In this document: positions 30,391-39,600 of the stretch, one piece after another | Layout: every line of letters starts with the position of its first letter | Position numbering within the stretch: position 1 is the stretch's first letter | DNA from: Bacteroidia bacterium | GTDB lineage: Bacteria; Bacteroidota; Bacteroidia; Bacteroidales; VadinHA17 | Assembly (NCBI GenBank): GCA_026391475.1 | Contig: JAPLED010000129.1 | Location: forward strand, 27,301 to 91,300 | Length of the DNA: 64,000 nucleotides | Direction: 5' to 3' | Position numbers and translations under genes: made by a program | The notes under the pieces: generated by a model | What the model was told of the DNA's origin: nothing | Seen by the model: only the letters and a program-made list of their open reading frames with translations | Database searches by the model: none

Positions 30391-30864
30391 TTACAGTGAA
30401 ATGGAGATGATCTCGAAAGGGATTATTCCTGATGGCACTTTGATTTGTACAACATCACCCACTTTTTTCCCGATAAGACCCTGGGCAATAGGAGAACTGA
30501 CAGCAATTTTACCCAGTTTGAAATTTGCTTCACTTTCAGGAACAATCAGGTATTCCATAACTGAATTATTGGATTTATTCCTGATCTTTACCCTGTTAAG
30601 TAATCTGACAAATGAGATATCAATTTTTGATTCGTCAAGAATCCTTGACCGTGCCACAATATCCTCAAGTTTTGATATCCTCATCTCAATCATACCCTGT
30701 GCCTCTTTGGCAGCAGCATACTCAGCATTTTCAGAAAGATCACCTTTATCCCTTGCATCAGCTATCTGCCTGGATAGCATAGGTCTCTCCACATTTCTCA
30801 ACTGATTAAGTTCCTCTTTAAGTTTATGGAGACCTTCCTCAGTCACATACATAACCTCTGACAT
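30391..30864 (-). CDS. greA: Transcription elongation factor GreA
   Basis: 157 aa with the DLSENAEYAAAKE coiled-coil tip and a C-terminal ISVSSPIAQGLIGKKVGD-like motif. Confidence 0.95.
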   Translation of the reverse strand: MSEVMYVTEEGLHKLKEELNQLRNVERPMLSRQIADARDKGDLSENAEYAAAKEAQGMIEMRISKLEDIVARSRILDESKIDISFVRLLNRVKIRNKSNNSVMEYLIVPESEANFKLGKIAVSSPIAQGLIGKKVGDVVQIKVPSGIIPFEIISISL

Positions 30865-30880
30865 TTTTCTCTCTTATATT

Positions 30881-30913
30881 AAAAAAATAAAAAGAATTCC
30901 GGGTTTGCCGGAA
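30881..30913 (-). terminator. Intrinsic terminator downstream of the basic-protein gene, upstream of greA
   Basis: On the minus strand TTCCGG-CAAAC-CCGGAA is followed by a T-rich tract. Confidence 0.5.
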
Positions 30914-31009
30914 CTCTTCAAAAACAAATATATAAAATCTTTTAATTAATTGCAAATAAAAATCCCGTGAGCAAGTGTTTTACAAGTATTTATCTTCGGA
31001 AATATAATA

Positions 31010-31402
31010 CTATTTGTATTTTTTCCCTGCTTTTTTTGTGTTTGTCTTTACTTTTTTCATTTTTGCTTTATCCCGAGTGGCAGAATTTTTCTGATTCTGT
31101 TTCATACGTGCCTGTACATCAGACGTTTGAATATCAATTGTTCTTTTCTGGGACCTCTTAACAGATTTCTCATAATCACTTTTAAGCTTTCTTTTGTTGG
31201 CTTCCTGCTTCTTTTTGGCTTTCAGCACCGACCTTGGTTCTCTTACTTTAACCTCTTTTTTATTGCCCAGAGATTTACCAAATAATCCTTTTTCAGCTTT
31301 TCTTGAAGCATTTTTATGAAAAATCTGGGCATTACAGAAACTGATTGTCAACGATAAAATGAATACAAAAAGAAAAAATTTTCTCACAGATAAATTATTC
31401 AT
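31010..31402 (-). CDS. Small, extremely basic (Lys-rich) secreted protein, hypothetical
   Basis: 130 aa with a signal peptide (FLFVFILSLTISFCNA), then a low-complexity K/R-rich sequence. Confidence 0.5.
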   Translation of the reverse strand: MNNLSVRKFFLFVFILSLTISFCNAQIFHKNASRKAEKGLFGKSLGNKKEVKVREPRSVLKAKKKQEANKRKLKSDYEKSVKRSQKRTIDIQTSDVQARMKQNQKNSATRDKAKMKKVKTNTKKAGKKYK

Positions 31403-31457
31403 TTTCAGTTATTACAATAATTTTTTCACGATACCGTTAAATTTCCGGTGGTAATAC

Positions 31458-31465
31458 TAATTTTG
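31458..31465 (+). promoter_or_regulatory. -7 promoter box (TAATTTTG)
   Basis: TAnnTTTG match 20 nt before the GTG start at 31485. Confidence 0.4.
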
Positions 31466-31484
31466 CATTATTAATTTATCTCCT

Positions 31485-31964
31485 GTGGTATCAGATTCAA
31501 AAATAAGACTTTTTTTAATTACAATGGCACTTGCCATTACATTAAGTTCCTGTAATAAGAAGAACGATGTGATCCCTGATGTTATAGTCGATTTCAGCCT
31601 CAATCTTTATGACTCTGAGTTTACAGATCTGAATTCCTTTGGTGGAATTGTTCTGGTTAATGCTAATACCAATAACCTTGGGTCTAGGGCAGCTGGGTAT
31701 GATGGAAACGGCATTATAATATTCGCCGGAGTAGGTGAGTTTTATGCCTACGACCGCACATGTCCGCACGACTATGCTGTAAACGGGTTGAGTGTAAAGG
31801 TTAACATTGATCCGTTAAATTCCCTTAATGCAATATGTCCAAAATGCAGCACCAACTATGCACTTTCGGTAGGAGGAACCCCATCTAAAGGAATAGGACA
31901 ATATCCTCTTAAAAATTATAAGACTAGTTTCGATGGTACTAGTGTGAGAGTGTGGAATAACTAA
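31485..31964 (+). CDS. Hypothetical lipoprotein with a Rieske-like Cys/His pattern
   Basis: Lipobox ITLSSC. YDRTCPHDY...AICPKCSTNY resembles CxH...CxxH of Rieske domains, but the second His is replaced by Cys. Confidence 0.55.
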   Translation: MVSDSKIRLFLITMALAITLSSCNKKNDVIPDVIVDFSLNLYDSEFTDLNSFGGIVLVNANTNNLGSRAAGYDGNGIIIFAGVGEFYAYDRTCPHDYAVNGLSVKVNIDPLNSLNAICPKCSTNYALSVGGTPSKGIGQYPLKNYKTSFDGTSVRVWNN

Positions 31965-31974
31965 TACTTTAAAT

Positions 31975-32076
31975 CCACCTCACCCCAACCCCTCTCCCTT
32001 GAGAGAGGGGCTAAAAGCCTGTTTATTTGATTCTTACACCCCTTCTCCCAAGGGAGAAGGGGCTGGGGGATGAGGT
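31975..32076. repeat. Inverted pair of GC-rich palindromic elements between convergent genes
   Basis: Unit A is CCACCTCACCCCAACCCCTCTCCCTTGAGAGAGGGG. Unit B (reverse complement) is ACCTCATCCCCCAGCCCCTTCTCCCTTGGGAGAAGGGG. Confidence 0.75.
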
Positions 32077-32084
32077 AAATTTAT

Positions 32085-33479
32085 TTAGTATCTGTAATGA
32101 TCCGGCTTGTAAGGACCGGATTCAGGTACTCCGATATAATCTGATTGGTCTTTTGTAAGCTTTGTCAGTTTCACCCCAAGCTGATCGAGGTGTAAACGTG
32201 CAACCTCCTCATCGAGGTCTTTGGGAAGCCGGTAAACACCAATTTCATATTTCTTTTTCCAGAGTTCTATCTGTGCAAGTGTCTGATTACTGAATGAGTT
32301 ACTCATTACGAACGAAGGATGACCCGTTGCACAGCCAAGATTCACAAGTCTTCCCTCAGCCAGGATAAAAATTGCATGTCCGTCGGGGAAAAGATACTTA
32401 TCTACCTGTGGTTTTATATTGATTTTATTAATTCCCTTCAGATCGTTGAGATTATCGACCTGTATCTCATTATCAAAATGACCGATATTACAAACGATAG
32501 CCTGATCTTTCATTTTTATCATGTGCTCCAGAGTGATAATATCCTTGTTACCTGTAGCTGTGACAAAAATATTCCCCTCATCAAGGGTATCTTCAACTGT
32601 TTTAACTTCAAAGCCTTCCATTGATGCCTGCAGTGCACAGATCGGGTCGATTTCTGTAACGATTACCCTGGCACCGTAAGATTTCATCGATTTTGCGCAT
32701 CCTTTTCCAACATCGCCATACCCGCAAACAACAACTACTTTCCCGGCTAACATAACATCGGTTGCCCTTTTAATGCCATCGGCAAGCGACTCACGACATC
32801 CATAGAGGTTGTCGAATTTTGATTTTGTGACAGAGTCGTTCACATTAATTGCAGGTACTAGCAATTCTCCGTTTTCGAGCATCTGATATAATCTGTGGAC
32901 TCCTGTTGTGGTCTCTTCGGATATCCCCTTAAGTTCACTTACTGTACGATGCCATTTCCCTGGCTCTTTAACCAGAAGATCTTTAAGTGTTGAAAGAATG
33001 ATTGCCTCCTCCCTGTTATCAGGTTTCTTATCGAGTATCTCCGGTGTTTTTTCTGCTTTATAACCCAGGTGGACCATTAGTGAGGCATCGCCGCCATCAT
33101 CAACCAGAAGATTCGGGCCTTTCCCACCCTGGAATGTGAGTGCCTGCGCAGTACACCACCAGTATTCTTCCAGAGTCTCACCTTTCCAGGCAAATACCGG
33201 AATACCACTGGCAGCTATAGCAGCGGCTGCATGATCCTGAGTTGAGAAAATATTACAACTTGCCCAGCGGACTTCAGCACCGAGTTCAGCAAGGGTTTCA
33301 ATAAGCACAGCTGTTTGAATTGTCATGTGCAGGGAGCCTGTAATCCGTGCCCCTTTCAATGGTTTCTCAGAGGAATATTTCTTCCTGATTGCCAGCAGGC
33401 CTGGCATCTCTTTTTCTGCAATTTCGATCTCTTTTCTTCCAAAATCCGCGAGGGATATATCTTTTACCTGGTACTGCAT
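32085..33479 (-). CDS. ahcY: Adenosylhomocysteinase
   Basis: 464 aa with the NAD-binding [14 protein letters not shown] and [14 protein letters not shown] motifs. Confidence 0.97.
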   Translation of the reverse strand: MQYQVKDISLADFGRKEIEIAEKEMPGLLAIRKKYSSEKPLKGARITGSLHMTIQTAVLIETLAELGAEVRWASCNIFSTQDHAAAAIAASGIPVFAWKGETLEEYWWCTAQALTFQGGKGPNLLVDDGGDASLMVHLGYKAEKTPEILDKKPDNREEAIILSTLKDLLVKEPGKWHRTVSELKGISEETTTGVHRLYQMLENGELLVPAINVNDSVTKSKFDNLYGCRESLADGIKRATDVMLAGKVVVVCGYGDVGKGCAKSMKSYGARVIVTEIDPICALQASMEGFEVKTVEDTLDEGNIFVTATGNKDIITLEHMIKMKDQAIVCNIGHFDNEIQVDNLNDLKGINKINIKPQVDKYLFPDGHAIFILAEGRLVNLGCATGHPSFVMSNSFSNQTLAQIELWKKKYEIGVYRLPKDLDEEVARLHLDQLGVKLTKLTKDQSDYIGVPESGPYKPDHYRY

Positions 33480-33553
33480 TGTATCAATTGTTACATTAAT
33501 AATTAAGGTGATTTTTCAGAGTTCGAAGATAATAAATATTCTTATATCATTGT

Positions 33554-34483
33554 TCATGTTAACAGCAGTATGACTTGCTGTTGATCAAGCTTCATCTGTT
33601 CAGCCAGTTGGTCTGTATTGTCAAATTTTATTTCATCCCTGAGTCTTTTCCTGAAAATAACGGAGATTGCCCTTCCATAAATATCCTTATCAAAATTCAG
33701 GATATGAACTTCGATGCTCCTGATTCCGGCATCGTTATTTACAGTCGGATTTGAACCTATACTCAGCATACTTGGATATATTAATCCATCAAACTGAACT
33801 TCAACTGCATAGACTCCATTGCCAGGTATCAGTTTATATTGATAATCAGGCTTAATATTTGCAGTTGGAAATCCGATTGAGCGGCCAATCTTACGTCCTT
33901 CAACAATCGTTCCGCTGATAGAATAGGAATACCCCAGCCACCTGTTTGCCTCATCGAGCCTTCCCTCTAATAAAGCTTCACGGATTGAGGATGAACTTAT
34001 CGCTCCTTCTTCAGTATGAAACCCCTGTACTTGCTCAACCCTGAAATCAAGCGATTCTGTGCAGTGTTTTATTGTATTAAAATTACCTTCGCCACGTCTC
34101 CCGAAGTGGTGATTATACCCTATTATAAGATGCTTTGTTCCGATTTTTTCCACAAGCGCATCCTTAATAAAATCACAAGCCTGAATCTTACTGAATTGAT
34201 TAGTGAATTCTATGATAATAAGATGGTCAACATTTGCATTTTCAAGAAGAACCTTCTTTTCCTCCATTGTTGTCAGAAATGAGAGATTTCCCAGATTTTG
34301 TTCCAGTACCAGCCTGGGATGTGGGGAGAAGGTAATTACAACAGACTCTCCTTTCGCCTCTATTGCGCGAGAAACAAGGCAATCCAGAAGAGTCCTGTGT
34401 CCACGGTGAACTCCGTCAAAAATTCCGAGGGTTACAACAGGAGTAACCAGATTAAGGTTTTCATATCCTTCATGAATAATCAT
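33554..34483 (-). CDS. ribF: Bifunctional riboflavin kinase / FMN adenylyltransferase
   Basis: 309 aa with GIFDGVHRGH and GFPTANI motifs. Confidence 0.95.
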   Translation of the reverse strand: MIIHEGYENLNLVTPVVTLGIFDGVHRGHRTLLDCLVSRAIEAKGESVVITFSPHPRLVLEQNLGNLSFLTTMEEKKVLLENANVDHLIIIEFTNQFSKIQACDFIKDALVEKIGTKHLIIGYNHHFGRRGEGNFNTIKHCTESLDFRVEQVQGFHTEEGAISSSSIREALLEGRLDEANRWLGYSYSISGTIVEGRKIGRSIGFPTANIKPDYQYKLIPGNGVYAVEVQFDGLIYPSMLSIGSNPTVNNDAGIRSIEVHILNFDKDIYGRAISVIFRKRLRDEIKFDNTDQLAEQMKLDQQQVILLLT

Positions 34484-34588
34484 AGCAGAAGATTATGCCT
34501 GCAAAATTAGTAAAGCCCATGGAAATGAACCTAAATAATGATTTTGTTTTTGTACTTTTATAGAAAGATTTTCCATAAACCAATCTAC

Positions 34589-36616
34589 ATGAATCCTGCC
34601 AGTTTCTATATGTCTGATCCATGGCTGAAACCCTTTACTGGTGTCATTGATAAACGTATCGGGAAATGTCTTTCAAAGGAAAAACAATTAATTGGAAATG
34701 GTTCTCTATGTGATTTTGCCATGGGGCATTATTACTATGGCTTGCACCGGAACAACGATTGCTGGGTTTTAAGGGATTGGGCGCCAAATGCAAAAAACAT
34801 TTTTGTCACCGGAATATTTACCGGTTGGAAAGAGAAGCAGGAATTTATGATGAAGAGGGTTAATCCAAAGGGAGACTGGGAGATAACTCTCCCTCTGGAA
34901 GCCATGAAACATGGAGACCTTTACAAACTTTCAGTCAATTGGGAAGGAGGTAAAGGAGAACGCATTCCATCATATGCCAACCGGGTAGTTCAGGATGATA
35001 AGACCAAAATATTCAGTGCGCAGGTCTGGCAACCATCGGAACAGTACAAATGGAAAATTGAAGATTTTAAAGCGCCGGGTACTGCTCCTGTGATCTATGA
35101 AGCCCATATCGGAATGGCCACACCATCGGAGAAGATCGGAACTTATCGAGAATTCACGGAAAACGTCCTTCCATTAATCATTAAATCGGGTTACAATACA
35201 ATACAATTGATGGCAATTCAGGAACATCCCTTCTACGGATCGTTCGGATACCATGTTTCAAGCTTTTTTTCTGCTTCCTCACGATTCGGGACACCTGAAG
35301 ATCTGAAGGAGCTGGTTGATAAGGCCCATATTGCAGGAATAAGGATTATTATGGATCTGATTCACTCTCATTCAGTTAAAAATGTTAATGAAGGACTTGG
35401 CCTGTTTGATGGATCACCGGGGCAGTATTTCCATTCAAATGAAAGAAGAAATCACAGGGCATGGGATTCTTTATGTTTCGACTATGGTAAAGATAACGTA
35501 ATCCACTTCCTGCTTTCCAACTGCAGGTACTGGCTTGAAGAGTATAAATTTGACGGATTCAGGTTTGATGGCATTACAAGCATGATATATTATGATCATG
35601 GTCTTGAAAAGAATTTCACATCGTATGATGAATACTTCGATGGCAATCAGGACGAAGACGCACTTGTTTATCTCTGTCTGGCCAATAAACTTATCCACAA
35701 ATATAAGCCAGGGGCTTTGACCATAGCTGAAGAGATGAGCGGTATGCCAGGCATAGCAGCAGATACTGAAAAGAAGGGTTATGGTTTTGATTACAGGCTA
35801 TCGATGGGAGTTCCTGATTTCTGGATCAAACTGGTAAAAGAGACTATTGATGAAAACTGGGACATGGGTAAGCTGATGCATGAATTAACACAGCATCGCC
35901 CGGAAGAGAAAATCATTTCATACTGCGAATCGCATGACCAGGCGCTTGTCGGAGACAAAACACTAATTTTCAGAATGATAGATGCGGAAATGTATTCCGG
36001 CATGGCCAGATCTTTTCACAGTATTACAATTGACCGTGGTATTGCTCTGCACAAAATGATCCGACTCATAACATTTAGCACTTCCGGGGGAGGTTACCTG
36101 AACTTTATGGGAAATGAATTCGGCCATCCGGAATGGATTGACTTTCCACGGGAAGGAAATAACTGGAGTTACAAATATGCACGCCGCCAATGGCAACTTG
36201 CAAAAAATAAAGATCTTAAATATTACAACCTGGCAAAATTCGACAGGAAGATGGTGAAGCTTCACCATGATTTCAAAATACTCGATGATCTATCTGTTAA
36301 CAGAATATATGAGAATAATGCTGATAAGGTAGTCGCCTATATGAGAGGTGAGTTACTGTTTGTATTTAACTTTCACCCATCTGTCTCATTTACCGATTAT
36401 GGAATACCGGTGAAAGGCAAGTTCAGGATTGTTCTTGATACAGATGATCCGCTTTTCGGTGGGTTCAACAGAATTGACAGAAATACCGTTTACCTCTCAA
36501 TCAGAAAAGCCGAAAGGAACATCATAAATGCTCCTTTATACCTTTATCTATATCTACCATCAAGAACAGCCCTTGTATTTAAAAAGGAACCTATACGAAA
36601 AGCAACTGATCTTTAA
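34589..36616 (+). CDS. glgB: 1,4-alpha-glucan branching enzyme, GH13 (eukaryote-like subfamily)
   Basis: YEAHIGMA, DGFRFDGITSM, TIAEEMSG and ESHDQALVGDK are the GH13 conserved regions. Start placed at the ATG (MNPASFY); the ORF track extends to 34538. Confidence 0.9.
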   Translation: MNPASFYMSDPWLKPFTGVIDKRIGKCLSKEKQLIGNGSLCDFAMGHYYYGLHRNNDCWVLRDWAPNAKNIFVTGIFTGWKEKQEFMMKRVNPKGDWEITLPLEAMKHGDLYKLSVNWEGGKGERIPSYANRVVQDDKTKIFSAQVWQPSEQYKWKIEDFKAPGTAPVIYEAHIGMATPSEKIGTYREFTENVLPLIIKSGYNTIQLMAIQEHPFYGSFGYHVSSFFSASSRFGTPEDLKELVDKAHIAGIRIIMDLIHSHSVKNVNEGLGLFDGSPGQYFHSNERRNHRAWDSLCFDYGKDNVIHFLLSNCRYWLEEYKFDGFRFDGITSMIYYDHGLEKNFTSYDEYFDGNQDEDALVYLCLANKLIHKYKPGALTIAEEMSGMPGIAADTEKKGYGFDYRLSMGVPDFWIKLVKETIDENWDMGKLMHELTQHRPEEKIISYCESHDQALVGDKTLIFRMIDAEMYSGMARSFHSITIDRGIALHKMIRLITFSTSGGGYLNFMGNEFGHPEWIDFPREGNNWSYKYARRQWQLAKNKDLKYYNLAKFDRKMVKLHHDFKILDDLSVNRIYENNADKVVAYMRGELLFVFNFHPSVSFTDYGIPVKGKFRIVLDTDDPLFGGFNRIDRNTVYLSIRKAERNIINAPLYLYLYLPSRTALVFKKEPIRKATDL

Positions 36617-39600
36617 TCAATCCAGCGAAGCAGGTAGAAATCCTGTTTGTGAGGAAGATCTTTATGTTTCGGGTAGATGCGTATTCCATAAAAGAAAGAC
36701 CCGGCTTTTTCCGGTACAAGGTTAGCCCTGTAAAGGCATTTGCCACTTTTGTAGTTGATTAATTTAAACTCTTCACTTGCTACAAATTCATGTTCACCAT
36801 GTTTACTCATGTGGGTTATAATAAATTCAACGCCAACGTTTTCTTTCGGGATTTTTTTAATATCAAGTGCAATTTCTGCAGTATAATCGTGCCCGGAACG
36901 GTAAACGTTTTCTCCGGCCCGCTCAAAACTATAATTTAAGACTTCAATGTTATCCCACTCCTCTCTCATAGTTTTTTTCCAGGCTGCCAACTCTTTTGCC
37001 TTCTCAAAGTTGTTTTCAATCAGGTATTTATTGCGGGTAAAAAGTTTGGAATAATATTTTTCATAATAGTCGTCTATCATTCTTTTCATGGTAAATTCAG
37101 GAGCAATTTTTACCATAGTATTTTTTACAAGGCTCATCCATTCAACAGGTACACCCTGATCATTAAATGCATAATAGGCCGGAACTATTTCAAATTCAAG
37201 CATGTTATAAATAGTTTCAGCATCAATATCATCCTGCAGGTCCTGATTTTCGTAAGTCCTTTTCTTTGATAAAGCCCATCCCGCAAATGCCCGGTAGCCT
37301 TCAACCCACCATCCGTCCAGAACGCTGAAATGGATTGTTCCGTTCATTACAGCTTTTTCGCCACTGGTACCAGACGCTTCAAGAGACCTTGTAGGTGTGT
37401 TAAGCCAGATATCAACACCCCTCACAAGGTATTTGGCCATCTCAATATCATAATTCTCCAGGAATATTACTTTTCCTGTAAACTGGGGCATCTGCGATAT
37501 TTCAAAAACTCTTTTGATAAGATCCTGGCCTCCTCCGTCGTTGGGATGAGCCTTACCGGCATAAATAAACTGGACAGGCTTATTAGGATTATTAACTATA
37601 CGTGCGAGCCTGTCAAGATCTCTGAAAAGAAGGGATGCCCTTTTGTATGTTGCAAAACGCCGTGCAAATCCTATTGTAAGGGCTTTTTCATCGAGGTGGC
37701 TGCTGATATTCAGAAGGGTGCGTGGGCTGACATGCTTCTCCATCATGTCAGTCTGAAGCCGTTTCCTGATATTTGAAAACAGGCTCTTTTTAAGGCCGGT
37801 TTTGACCTCATAAATCTTTTTATCTTCTACATTATATAGTTTTTCCCAGAGGCTTCTGTCGGTCTGGTCAAAATTGAGTGTTCCTGTCAATTCCTTATAT
37901 ACCTCCCTCCATTCCGGAGCAGTCCATGTAGGATGATGAACCCCGTTCGTAACATACCCTATGAAAAGCTCCTCTTTAAGATAGCCCGGCCACAATTTAT
38001 TAAACATCCCCCGGCTAACCTCTCCGTGAAGTTTACTTACACCATTCACCTCCTGTGACATACGTGTTGCCAGATAACTCATGTTAAATTTCTTATCAGA
38101 ATCGCCTTCACAGCGGCCAAGATCCATCAGTTCATCCCATGTGATCGAAAGACGACTGTGATAATGAGAAATATATTTACGGAGCAGGTCTTCATCAAAG
38201 GCATCATGACCCGCCGGAACAGGTGTATGTGTTGTGAAGAGAGTCGATGATCTTACTGCTTCAAGTGCCTCTTTAAATGTAAGATGGTGATCATTTATCA
38301 GGCTTCTGAGTCTTTCGAGGCTGATAAATGCCGAGTGTCCTTCATTGCTGTGATAGATATCAGGTTTCAATCCGATAGCTACCAGAACTCTTATCCCACC
38401 TATACCAAGGATAAGTTCCTGTCTCAGCCTGTTTTCATTATCCCCTCCGTAAAGATAATGAGTAATAGTACGGTCTTCTGGTGAATTATCTTCAAAATCG
38501 GTATCAAGAAGTACTAACCGTACTTTCCCTACCATGGCTTCCCATACACGAATTTTTACTGTTCGTCCGGGCCATGCCAGGCTCACGGAAAGATGATTTC
38601 CATCTGAATCTTTTATAGGACTTATGGGAAGGCGCGAAAACTCTTCAGCTTCATATATTGAAAGCTGTTCTCCTCTTGGCCCAAGTTTCTGTTTGAAATA
38701 GCCGTACCTGTAAAGCAGTCCGACCCCGGTGATATTCATATTCGAATCGCTTGCTTCCTTAAGATAGTCGCCTGCCAGGATTCCAAGTCCTCCGGAATAA
38801 GTTCTAAGGCAGGGATGTATGCCAAACTCCATACTGAAGTAAGCAATTGAAGGTTTCACGGCGTCATCCGGACGATTTTTATATGCACTGAAGAGGTCAA
38901 AATTCTTTTTCAGATCAGCCACAAAATCATCATCGTCTTCCAGTATCATAAGTCTTTTATAATCAATCTTTTCAAGAAGCAATTTAGGATTATGACGAAC
39001 CTGCTCCCACAGGGATGGATCCATGCTTTTAAATAATGATTCAGCTTCTGAGTTCCATGACCACCAGAGGTTATTTGCCAGTTCTTTCAGAGTGGCCAAT
39101 TTTTCGGGCACATCGCTCTGAACATAAATATCTTTCCACACCGGCACCTGATGTGGTTTGCGAACATGTAACCCGGGGGCTTCAATAAACCTTATAAATT
39201 CCCGGGGTTCATCCCTTCTTTCGCTGCTATGAGCCAGGGCATGTTCGTAGGCGGTGAAATAATATTCCACCAGGCTATCCCACATTGCGATCCTTGAAAT
39301 AGCATGTGCTTTCTCTCTGGCTTCTTTTATTTCGGCATTGTTTAACCCGATAAACATTGACATGAAATTCCTGATATCAGCTATCACCATGTTTTCGTTG
39401 TCATCAGTTCTTTCAATTATTGATATGCCGTTACCCGGATTTTCAAAATATTTCTTAACCCAGAGGCCGAATCCTGAAAGTGAGGTTGTAACGGTCGGGA
39501 TGGAAAACATCAGACTTTCAAGGGGAGTGTATCCCCATGGTTCATAATATGACGGGAAAACCGAAAGGTCAAATCCGATAAGCAGATCGAAGTATGGTAT

